Positions 36,957-44,880 of a DNA stretch of 64,000 bases are shown in pieces. The notes beneath the pieces are model-generated. The model saw only the letters and a list, made by a program, of their open reading frames with translations. It was not told the origin of the DNA and made no database searches. The stretch is taken from IMG/VR virus record IMGVR_UViG_3300037423_000603; one strand, 5' to 3'. The position numbers and the translations under genes are program-made. Source of the DNA: a virus. Numbering within the stretch: position 1 is the first letter of the stretch; the number at the start of each line of letters is the position of its first letter.

Positions 36957-38431
36957 CGGTAAAGCTGCGCCTCATTGCGAACGAATTGGTCAAGCGTTCC
37001 TTGGCCGCCAGCGGAGATATCGACTAACTCCACCATGACGGAGGCATCGTCCGCCGCCGACATGACGGGCTCAGTGATGAAGAAGCTGCCGAACGCCGCG
37101 ACGGGAACGCCAACGCTGTGGCCGGAGAGATCGTTACCTGCGGCTTCCAGCGCATTGCAGTTGAGGATGGCGCCATAAAGCAGCCGCCGGTCGATGGACG
37201 TGATAGCAGATGGGCAGGCGTTGGCCGGCGTCCCTGTTTCGCCGCCAGTTGATGCATGATTCACCAATCCGGCGGACTGCTCGTACTTGTAGACCTCGTA
37301 TCTGGTGGGCTTCGTCGACGACCAACTCTGCGGCATCGGAATGGAGGACCCGAAATTGGTGCTCCAATATGTGCTTAGCGGCCAATTCCCGTCACCCATT
37401 CGCCCGTTCAGGTACGGTTGGGATTGATCTCTCGGCAGCCCCATGTTGCCGGCCAGCCCGAAGGTCAATTGGTTCATTGCCGGGCATTGGCCGGCGCCAC
37501 CGGAAGTCTTCTTGGCGCCCTTCCTGACATTGGCGGCCGGGCCATATTCGGCGGTATTGAAACCGCCGCCTGTGGCACGGATGCCGAACCGGACATTGAA
37601 GGCATCCTGCACAGGCCCAGCGTTCTGGCCGGTCTTGGTGTCGACCCCCTTTTGCCCGTAGCAGCCTCTGGGTTTCGATGTCGCAATGGTCTCTGCGAGG
37701 CCCTTGGCGCCGTTGCCGACGCCATCCGGCGGTTGCAGGAAACCGAAATTGCCTGGGCCAGCGGCCGCACCGTTGCCGACCTTGCGGACCTCGATCAGAC
37801 GGCGCCGAAGGTTGGGATCGGCAGCCGCCTCTTGAAGGGTGTGGTTGGGGTCATTCTCATATGGATTACAGATGAATATCGGAGTGAAATCGCAGACGGA
37901 TGTCTGAAAGCCAGCAACAGCCTGCGGGCGGATATCCATCGTGTCGTTGCCAGCATTAAAGCCGACTGGAAAGATGGCCTCGAAGCCGCCGGCACCATCC
38001 GCGTTGACAGTCACCTCGGCGAAGCTCACCGCCTCGGGGTCAGTGCTGGCCCAATTTACGCCGTTTGCATCCACGCCGTTAGCATCAAGCCCGATATCGT
38101 CGCTGGCGGGGATGCCGGTCAGATAGGTCACGGTCACGTCGGCCAAGGCGATCTGGTGACTGCCCGACGTGGAAAACAGCGTTCTGTTGGCGATGAGATT
38201 GGTGATGGCCCGATCAGCCCTCGTGATGCTGTCGGGGCGCCCATCCAGTTCACCGGCGCCCGCTAGAGCAAGCGCGTCAATGCCCTTCTGCAGATCGTTG
38301 TGAAGCCCGTTCGCGCGACTCAGGTCGACGGCCAGAACCGCAAAGCCGATCAGTGCCGGCAGCATGATCGCCACCAAGATCATCGCTACGCCGCGCTGAT
38401 CCTTCCAGAATTTACGCAAGACGCGAAGCAT
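36953..38431 (-). CDS. tadG: TadG-like Flp/Tad pilus protein (moron)
   Basis: DQRGVAMILVAIMLPALIGFAVLAVDLS..LQKGIDALALAGA pilin-like N-terminus; Cys-rich body; RBS GGAGG. Confidence 0.85.
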   Translation of the reverse strand: MLRVLRKFWKDQRGVAMILVAIMLPALIGFAVLAVDLSRANGLHNDLQKGIDALALAGAGELDGRPDSITRADRAITNLIANRTLFSTSGSHQIALADVTVTYLTGIPASDDIGLDANGVDANGVNWASTDPEAVSFAEVTVNADGAGGFEAIFPVGFNAGNDTMDIRPQAVAGFQTSVCDFTPIFICNPYENDPNHTLQEAAADPNLRRRLIEVRKVGNGAAAGPGNFGFLQPPDGVGNGAKGLAETIATSKPRGCYGQKGVDTKTGQNAGPVQDAFNVRFGIRATGGGFNTAEYGPAANVRKGAKKTSGGAGQCPAMNQLTFGLAGNMGLPRDQSQPYLNGRMGDGNWPLSTYWSTNFGSSIPMPQSWSSTKPTRYEVYKYEQSAGLVNHASTGGETGTPANACPSAITSIDRRLLYGAILNCNALEAAGNDLSGHSVGVPVAAFGSFFITEPVMSAADDASVMVELVDISAGGQGTLDQFVRNEAQLYR

Positions 38432-38553
38432 CGCAGCGCCCTCCAACCCCTATAAGCCGCATGCATTTTCCCCGTGCCTCAAGCATAGGACCGGCAACTC
38501 GGACGGGCAAGAGCTTCGTTAGCAACTGGTTAAAGCCCTCTGGAATCAACGCC

Positions 38554-38760
38554 ATGCCCACCAAGAAGCGCAAGACTGTCGGCCGCAGGCTGCGCTTCCA
38601 CGCCGCATGGCTCGGCCTTCTGATGCTCATCCTCGATGCGATAAGCCAAATGTGGTTCGCCTTCCAAGAGTGGCTGCAGATATCGCCTGAAGTCTACACG
38701 GCGCTTGGCGTGGCGCTCTTCATCGCCTCTGGCATCGGCCACCTCTACCGGAACGATTAG
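38554..38760 (+). CDS. Putative holin
   Basis: Basic N-terminus and two TM helices directly before the endolysin. Confidence 0.6.
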   Translation: MPTKKRKTVGRRLRFHAAWLGLLMLILDAISQMWFAFQEWLQISPEVYTALGVALFIASGIGHLYRND

Positions 38761-38772
38761 GAGACATCTCCC

Positions 38773-39354
38773 ATGCTTGCAAAGCTACGGGCGAGCGGTC
38801 GCGCTCGGGCCGCGATTGCCGCTGTCCTCGCCATGGTTGGCGTCACAGTCGGCGGCGTCCGCTACATCAACGGCACGCCGGACGATGTGGTGCTGGCCTC
38901 AACCTATCTGGTTGAGCCGTGGGAAGGCGAAGTGCTTCGCGCCTACCTCGATCGCATCCCTAAGCCGCCAGTCTGGACCATCTGCGCGGGCGATACCCAG
39001 AACGTAAAGCCTGGCATGGTCGAGACGCCGAAGGGCTGCAAAGAACGCCTTGAGCGCCGCATGACGAAGGAATTTCGGCCGGCGCTAGTGTCCTGCATTC
39101 CCGGCTTCAACAAAGCTCCGATTTCGTGGCGAGCGATGATGGATAGCCTCGCCTGGAACATCGGCTCCAGCGCCGCCTGCAATTCGCGCGCGGCGGCCTT
39201 CGGCATCAAGCAGATGTGGATTGCCAGTTGCAATGCCGCGACGGCGTTCAATAAGTCGGGCGGCAGGGTGATCATCGGCTTGGTGAACAGGCGCACCAAT
39301 GGCGATGCGACGCGCATAGGCGAGGGCGAGTTGTGCCTTTCGGGAGCGCTCTGA
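38773..39354 (+). CDS. GH24 lysozyme endolysin with N-terminal SAR-like helix
   Basis: WEG..YLD..WTICAGDT catalytic pattern, LAWNIG, GLVNRR. Confidence 0.9.
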   Translation: MLAKLRASGRARAAIAAVLAMVGVTVGGVRYINGTPDDVVLASTYLVEPWEGEVLRAYLDRIPKPPVWTICAGDTQNVKPGMVETPKGCKERLERRMTKEFRPALVSCIPGFNKAPISWRAMMDSLAWNIGSSAACNSRAAAFGIKQMWIASCNAATAFNKSGGRVIIGLVNRRTNGDATRIGEGELCLSGAL

Positions 39355-39470
39355 TGGAAAACCTCAAAGCCGTCTTCGCTCTCATCATAGACGAGTACGC
39401 CACTGAGATCGGCATCTTCCTTGCCGGCATCGCGGCTCTGATCGGACTGGTGCTGTTATGGCCACTCTGA
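39354..39470 (+). CDS. Small membrane peptide (38 aa)
   Basis: Coupled to the endolysin stop; single TM helix. Confidence 0.45.
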   Translation: MENLKAVFALIIDEYATEIGIFLAGIAALIGLVLLWPL

Positions 39471-39841
39471 TCCTTTGGCTCATGGGCAAGACCGGACTCG
39501 GCAAGCTTCTCGCCTCGCTCATCGTCTATGCCGCCATAATCGGCGCGATTGCTCTCGGCATTTGGTGGTGGAGCGATCATCTCTACAATAACGGCATCGC
39601 CCACGAGCGCCAGGCTTGGGAGAAACAGCGCGAGAAGGACCTAGCCCAGCAGGAAGCCGACAAGCGCAAGACGCAGGCCGAGATAGACCGCATAGCGGCA
39701 GAACATCAGCTCGACGCCCAGAGGCGCAAGGACGAGCAAGCCGACGCCGATCTGAAGAAGGCGCAAGACGCCTCGGCCACCAAGAAGAACATATGCGTCC
39801 CGCGCGAAGTCGGCCGCGCCTTGAACAGGGTGGGGCGCTGA
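39458..39841 (+). CDS. Inner-membrane spanin (Rz-like)
   Basis: N-terminal TM helix followed by coiled coil. Confidence 0.7.
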   Translation: MATLILWLMGKTGLGKLLASLIVYAAIIGAIALGIWWWSDHLYNNGIAHERQAWEKQREKDLAQQEADKRKTQAEIDRIAAEHQLDAQRRKDEQADADLKKAQDASATKKNICVPREVGRALNRVGR

Positions 39842-39842
39842 T

Positions 39843-40127
39843 ATGAAGAAACTTGCGCTCCTCTCTGCTTTCCTCATCTGCTCTGGCTTCACGGGCTGCA
39901 TGACGGTCGATCGTCACATGCCGTTGACGCCTACGCCCGCCCACATTCCCGATAGCCTGAAGAAGCCCTGCGGCGAACTCTCCAACATTCCCGACCGCGA
40001 TCTGACGCAGGCGGAAAGCAATCCACTCTGGGCAAATGACCGCCGCGTCGGCGGATGTGCCCTTCGGCAAAATAGGGCACTCATCAAAGCTGCAGAAGCC
40101 CTTGAGAAACAGGGGCAGAAGCGATGA
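39843..40127 (+). CDS. Outer-membrane spanin lipoprotein (Rz1-like)
   Basis: Lipobox FTGC; Pro-rich. Confidence 0.7.
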   Translation: MKKLALLSAFLICSGFTGCMTVDRHMPLTPTPAHIPDSLKKPCGELSNIPDRDLTQAESNPLWANDRRVGGCALRQNRALIKAAEALEKQGQKR

Positions 40128-40354
40128 CGGAGCACGAACTGAAGAAGATCGTAGCGGAAGCCGTTTCCGAAACGCTCCTGCAGCTCGGCATCGACGCCAG
40201 CGATCCCGTCGAAATGCAGAAGGATATGGCGCATTTGCGCTCTTGGCGCGAATCCGTCGCGACGATCAAGCAGCAAAGCTTGGTGACTGCTGTTGGCATC
40301 GTCGTGGCCGGCGCGCTCGGGCTGCTGTGGCTCGCCTTCAGAGGCTCTCCGTAA
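40124..40354 (+). CDS. Phage membrane protein of the lysis region
   Basis: LGIDASDPVEMQKDMAHLRSWR; C-terminal TM helix. Confidence 0.7.
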   Translation: MTEHELKKIVAEAVSETLLQLGIDASDPVEMQKDMAHLRSWRESVATIKQQSLVTAVGIVVAGALGLLWLAFRGSP

Positions 40355-40385
40355 GACTACCTCCTTACATCGAAAGGATATCGCC

Positions 40386-40568
40386 GTGGCCCAATTCTCT
40401 TGGCGCTTCGTCGTTTGGTTTTGCGTCCTTCTTTCCGTGATGATGCTGTCCTTCATCGTCGCGGTTTTCATGACTGTTCGCGTCCATGCGGCAGATCGCT
40501 ATGCCTGCACCCAATCCGGCGCCGGCATGACCACTTACTGCCACGTTCCTTCCTCCCACAAAGGCTAA
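40386..40568 (+). CDS. Small membrane/secreted protein
   Basis: GTG start; hydrophobic N-terminal half; two Cys. Confidence 0.5.
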   Translation: MAQFSWRFVVWFCVLLSVMMLSFIVAVFMTVRVHAADRYACTQSGAGMTTYCHVPSSHKG

Positions 40569-40572
40569 ATCC

Positions 40573-41325
40573 ATGTCTCGCATCGTCCTCAAGCCGGCCC
40601 TGTGGCTGGCCGCCTTGCTTTGTGCTGCCATCTTCTCTGCGGTTGGCATTGCGCATGCCGCCGACAAAGCCGAACTGGAAAAGCTTCAGCGCGAAGTCCT
40701 CGGCGTCACGGTCCAGCTCAATGGCAATTGCAGCGGCACTGTCATCTATTCGAACCGTGATAAGGTATCGGGCGAAGTCACCACGCTTATCCTCTCGGCA
40801 GGCCATTGCGCCATAGACAAGGACGCAGACCAGCGCATCGAGTTCCCGGTCTACCAGGACAACGAAGTGGTCAAGAGGGACGCCTATGTCGGCAAGATTC
40901 TGGGTGTCTACTTCAACGCCGATCTGTCGCTCTGGAAGCTGAAGGACAAGCAGACTTTTTTCCCCAATGTAGCCAAGCTGGCGCCGGAGAAACCTACCTT
41001 GCTTATGGGCGAGGATGTGTGGACTGCGGGTTATCCGCTCGGCGGAGTGCTGACGATCACCAAAGGCCTGTTCGGTTCCAAAGAGACGAACGACTTCGCG
41101 AAGCCTGGGAGCGTCTATTACAGGGCCACGCCAGACATCGCGCCTGGTTCATCGGGCGGAGCGCTCTATCACAAAAATGATGCCGGCGATTACGAGCTGC
41201 TCGGCGTCACGACTGCCATGGCCCGCGGCTTCCCATATTTTGCCATGTACACCCCAATCTCCGATATCTACGCCTATCTGAAGGTTGCACAGCCGGACAT
41301 CGTGATCCCGCCTGCAAAGCCCTGA
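40573..41325 (+). CDS. Secreted trypsin-like serine protease
   Basis: Signal peptide; SAGHC (His), DLSL (Asp), PGSSGG (Ser). Confidence 0.9.
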   Translation: MSRIVLKPALWLAALLCAAIFSAVGIAHAADKAELEKLQREVLGVTVQLNGNCSGTVIYSNRDKVSGEVTTLILSAGHCAIDKDADQRIEFPVYQDNEVVKRDAYVGKILGVYFNADLSLWKLKDKQTFFPNVAKLAPEKPTLLMGEDVWTAGYPLGGVLTITKGLFGSKETNDFAKPGSVYYRATPDIAPGSSGGALYHKNDAGDYELLGVTTAMARGFPYFAMYTPISDIYAYLKVAQPDIVIPPAKP

Positions 41326-41401
41326 TTTCCACTCTCGCGACGCCCGTCTGGCCACTCCAGTGGAAAACTACCCTCCCTCAACAGCATAGGGACCAAACCG
41401 C

Positions 41402-42427
41402 ATGGGAATTCCCACGGATGATGAGGAGTTGCGCGCTATGCAGCGCGCGGTCGCGGAGCACGGCTCCAGAGCCGCCGCTGCCAGAGCGCTTGGAATACCC
41501 GTCACCACGCTGAAAGGCCGCCTCGGCGCAGCGGAGCGTGCCGGCATTAGGGCAGAGAAGGACGAGGCAATTGAGCTACCCGAGTTCGTTCACGGCGACG
41601 AAGAGGAGCCAATTGATGAATTGCTGGCGCGGTTCCGTAAGGCTCACGAGCGGAAGCAAAAAGCCATCGACGCGCGAACCTGGTTTCCGCTAAAAGTCAA
41701 GGAAGAGAAGCCCTACGGCATCCTCTGGTTTGGTGACCCGCACCTTGGGCCTCATTGTAATTGGGCGCTCCTCGAAAGCCATATTGCCATTGCACGGCAA
41801 CCCGGCGTTTATGGCGGGAACATAGGAGACACAACCGACAATTGGCCTTGGACCGGCCGCCTTGCCCGCCTCTGGGCAGAGAACGACATTTCCCACAAGA
41901 CAGAACGCCGGCTGGCAACATGGTTCATGATGGAAGCCGGCATCAAGTGGCTTCTGTGGCTTGGGGGGAACCATGACGAATGGAACGGCGGCACCGAGTT
42001 CTACAAGATGCTCGGTGCCTCGCAAGTCCCGGTGATCGACTGGCGGGCACAATTCACCCTCTGTCACAAGAACGGCTCACAGACACGCATAGATGCAGCA
42101 CACGGGCGCAAGGGCTCATCGATCTACAATCCCGCACACGGCACGCTGAGGGACGCTAAATTCGGCGAGGAGGCGGCACTTTTCATCACGGGTCACATTC
42201 ATTCCTTCGGCCTGTTTGATATCGAGTTCCCCGAGAAGAAGACGCAAACCTGGCTGGCGCAAATCTCTGGCTACAAAATGGGCGATCGGCACGCGCTGGT
42301 GAATGGTTATGCGCAAGCCAATCGCGGTGCTGCCGTCCTGTCTGTGATCGATCCGACATCGGGCAAGATCCAATGCTTCGCGGATGTCGAGGAGGGCGCC
42401 GAGTTCTTGGCGTTCAAGCGTCGATGA
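41402..42427 (+). CDS. HTH plus calcineurin-like metallophosphoesterase
   Basis: AAARALGIPVTTLKGRL HTH; GDPH, GD, GNHD, H, GHIH motifs. Confidence 0.85.
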   Translation: MGIPTDDEELRAMQRAVAEHGSRAAAARALGIPVTTLKGRLGAAERAGIRAEKDEAIELPEFVHGDEEEPIDELLARFRKAHERKQKAIDARTWFPLKVKEEKPYGILWFGDPHLGPHCNWALLESHIAIARQPGVYGGNIGDTTDNWPWTGRLARLWAENDISHKTERRLATWFMMEAGIKWLLWLGGNHDEWNGGTEFYKMLGASQVPVIDWRAQFTLCHKNGSQTRIDAAHGRKGSSIYNPAHGTLRDAKFGEEAALFITGHIHSFGLFDIEFPEKKTQTWLAQISGYKMGDRHALVNGYAQANRGAAVLSVIDPTSGKIQCFADVEEGAEFLAFKRR

Positions 42428-42591
42428 CCAGAAAAGCCTATATCGCCGTTGATATGCGCGGCGACCAACCGATCTACGAGCTTATCATTGATGGCGTGAA
42501 GCAGTGCGAGCTGAGCGCTATCGAGACGCTGGAACTTGGCCTTAATGCATCGAGCGCGGTGAGATGGGCGATACCTCTTCGGAAGAAATAA
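42424..42591 (+). CDS. Small hypothetical protein
   Basis: ATGA overlap with the phosphoesterase stop. Confidence 0.55.
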   Translation: MTRKAYIAVDMRGDQPIYELIIDGVKQCELSAIETLELGLNASSAVRWAIPLRKK

Positions 42592-42758
42592 CCGCCACGT
42601 TTGACCAGATAGACGAGTTTGCCCGCGCTCTTTTCCACAAGGCTGACGCAACCGGCATCTGGGCAGCGCAGGATGAGATGACGCGGCTGTACTGGCGCAA
42701 GGAAGCCGTCCGCCGACTCCAGCAGGCGCGTTATAAGGAAATGGCAGAACGCACTTAA
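42564..42758 (+). CDS. Small hypothetical protein
   Basis: Overlapping coupled ORF. Confidence 0.5.
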   Translation: MGDTSSEEITATFDQIDEFARALFHKADATGIWAAQDEMTRLYWRKEAVRRLQQARYKEMAERT

Positions 42759-43000
42759 CCGGCGGGAGGCGGCTCTACGCGCTCCATCTTCGCGCCGTCC
42801 CAAATGTGTACTGGCATGTCGGGGTGGCAGATCACCAGTTTCCCGTTGAAATAGGTAGCTGCCGCACCGCCATTGCGCTGAAGCTCTGCTGCGAGCGCTG
42901 CCTCAGCCTTCTCCGCCCGCTCTTGCCACTCCGCTGCGATCTCTTTCCATTCGTTGGCACTCAGGCCGAGTCCATCAAACAGTTTTGCGCCATATACCAT
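42755..43000 (-). CDS. Small hypothetical protein
   Basis: Convergent ORF with short coiled coil. Confidence 0.5.
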   Translation of the reverse strand: MVYGAKLFDGLGLSANEWKEIAAEWQERAEKAEAALAAELQRNGGAAATYFNGKLVICHPDMPVHIWDGAKMERVEPPPAG

Positions 43001-43010
43001 TTGATTATCC

Positions 43011-43039
43011 TAGCATTTCTGCGGGATTCGCGCTATAAA
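43011..43039 (+). promoter_or_regulatory. Putative promoter for the ncRNA unit
   Basis: TAGCAT-N17-TATAAA. Confidence 0.5.
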
Positions 43040-43127
43040 AATCGCGGCAGGGCGACGACAGGAACCGGGCGGCCCGAATTCGCGACAGAACAGTCCAACC
43101 TGTGACAGGTCGGAGAGACGACACAAA

Positions 43128-43224
43128 GCGGCGCGCTAGGCGCGTAGCGGCTCCGGCGGTTGGACCTGATCACCCTTCTGCGTTGCTCGACAAGATGGCG
43201 CTGCAAATGCGTCACGCCGCTCCA
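43128..43224 (+). ncRNA. tRNA-like structured element, copy 2 (stand-alone unit)
   Basis: Identical to 10468..10564; lies between a promoter and a terminator with no ORF. Confidence 0.62.
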
Positions 43225-43253
43225 TCTTCCTCCCTGCATCTCCCCGCGCTATC

Positions 43254-43284
43254 GCCCGCTGGCTCCGACCGGCGGGCTCTTTTT
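43254..43284 (+). terminator. Intrinsic terminator
   Basis: GCCCGCTGG-CTCCGA-CCGGCGGGC-TCTTTTT. Confidence 0.8.
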
Positions 43285-43288
43285 CGTG

Positions 43289-43597
43289 TCAGGTTGGCTT
43301 ATCCACCAGTGGCTTTGTCCGCTTGGGCGGCACATAGCGCTGTACCAGCCTTACCTTGCCGATCGGCACCGTGATCCCAAGGTCTCTGCCGCCGACCGTC
43401 ACGCTGTCCTCGTCTACGCGCAATACCTCTCCCGTAAGCTCGATCTGCTGGCCGCGCTTGACCTTGGTGGTGGTGTCTCTGATCGAATGCGGGAAGTTGT
43501 AGCCCGGGATCGAGACACTGACCCGATCCTCGAGGACGCGACGGCGCACCGTCGCGGTGATGGCGACCTCATCGCCGACCTTGATGCCCTTGCCCAT
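43289..43597 (-). CDS. Hypothetical protein (small beta-barrel repeats)
   Basis: IKVGDEVAITATV / KRGQQIELTGEV internal repeat. Confidence 0.7.
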   Translation of the reverse strand: MGKGIKVGDEVAITATVRRRVLEDRVSVSIPGYNFPHSIRDTTTKVKRGQQIELTGEVLRVDEDSVTVGGRDLGITVPIGKVRLVQRYVPPKRTKPLVDKPT

Positions 43598-43653
43598 GGC
43601 TGGAGTCTGGCGCGCGGCTGGCGCTCGTCAAGTCTCAGCGCTATATCGGCCGG

Positions 43654-43839
43654 ATGGAACTCCAGACCGCCATCAACCAAGCCGTGGACCAGGAAGACCG
43701 GTGCGTCTCGATCACGCTGGCCATCCGACGGATCAGAGAAGCAACCGAAACAGAACTTTCCGATGTCGACCTTCAGACTGAAGTCGCCAGCGCCGCGGCC
43801 GCGCGGGGCAAGGCTATCCTGTTCGATCTGCGGTCATGA
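43654..43839 (+). CDS. Hypothetical protein
   Basis: Divergent ORF coupled to the next gene. Confidence 0.6.
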   Translation: MELQTAINQAVDQEDRCVSITLAIRRIREATETELSDVDLQTEVASAAAARGKAILFDLRS

Positions 43840-44090
43840 GCACCATCCAGGAATGCATAGACCGTGGCGAGCGCATTGCCGTACATTGCCACAATCCCGT
43901 CTGCTATCGAGAGAGCGCCTATCTCGATCTTGAAGCGCTGAAGGCCAAGCTCGGGCCGGGTCATGGGGCGATGCATTGGGATCTGGTGCCGCTCCTTCGA
44001 TGCTCCGTCTGCGGCTCCAAGAACGTCGGCATCACCATTCATGTGGACCAGCGGCCAACTGGCGATCTGAGGAGCCCGTTTAGGGGCTAG
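43836..44090 (+). CDS. Zinc-ribbon hypothetical protein
   Basis: CHNPVC and CSVCG pairs. Confidence 0.7.
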   Translation: MSTIQECIDRGERIAVHCHNPVCYRESAYLDLEALKAKLGPGHGAMHWDLVPLLRCSVCGSKNVGITIHVDQRPTGDLRSPFRG

Positions 44091-44316
44091 GCTGAAGCGC
44101 TGCATGCTCCAAGTCGGTCATGTCGAGATGCAGCACGTAGGCTAGCTGGCAGATGACGCGGAAACTCGGCTCTTGAATGTAGCCAGTTTCGATGTGAGAG
44201 ATGACCGAGTGTGGGACATCGCTGATGAACGCGAGTTCGCGCAAGCTCAGGCCACGTTCCCTCCTTGACGCGGCTAGGAACTCAGAAAGCGGCGAGGGAG
44301 TTTTCTCGCGGGTCAT
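44080..44316 (-). CDS. XRE-family HTH protein
   Basis: RRERGLSLRELAFISDVPHSVISHIETG..PSF. Confidence 0.88.
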   Translation of the reverse strand: MTREKTPSPLSEFLAASRRERGLSLRELAFISDVPHSVISHIETGYIQEPSFRVICQLAYVLHLDMTDLEHAALQPSP

Positions 44317-44543
44317 TTGCGCAATACGGAGACGGGTCGAACGATCTGCGCTCGCTGGTTGGCGATAGTCTGCGGAGCGCTGCCCCAGAAAAATTCGCCT
44401 GACGAAACGATATAGGCGTCAATCCGCCCCTCGTTGTTCCCATATTCAGTCTTGAGGCATAGTTCATCGCCGCTGAGGAACAGCCCAATTGGACATTCCT
44501 CCAGTGTGGTCGGTTCACCGGGTACGCATTCGATCTTTTCCAT
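44313..44543 (-). CDS. Phage hypothetical protein
   Basis: CLKTEYG..AYIVSSGEFFWG. Confidence 0.7.
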   Translation of the reverse strand: MEKIECVPGEPTTLEECPIGLFLSGDELCLKTEYGNNEGRIDAYIVSSGEFFWGSAPQTIANQRAQIVRPVSVLRK

Positions 44544-44700
44544 CTCGCCAATATACTCCGAAAGCCTTGTATTTCCTAGCGTTTTGCGCGATAAATGTAG
44601 CGTGGCGCTGGCCCCGACGCCCCTAGTATCGGGGCGCTTTCACCACCACCCCATCGCATGCATCACCACCCTCACCGGTAGATACACCCCCAAGACCCCT

Positions 44701-44880
44701 GACTGCTGCCAGGATAGCACTGACATCCTCCCCTAAGCGGGGTCTCCAAGAGCCGATGCCCTTGGATGGTTCGCACTTCATAGACAGCAGGCTTCCGAAA
44801 CCGAGGTCTCGGCGGCTCTTACGCCATCTCCATGCGCTGCAACCGTGTGTCCCACGGCCAAGATATTTTTAGCTGCATTC
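44701..44880 (-). ncRNA. TnpB omegaRNA (scaffold overlapping the tnpB 3' end and right end) plus predicted guide
   Basis: IS200/IS605 right-end signature CCCC-GCTTA-GGGG-AGGATGTCA ending at 44721; predicted guide GTGCTATCCTGGCAGCAGTC (44720-44701); 5' boundary approximate. Confidence 0.7.

Noticed and set aside
37418-38266. Plus-strand 282-aa ORF opposite tadG
   Set aside because: Shadow of tadG; no recognisable motifs.
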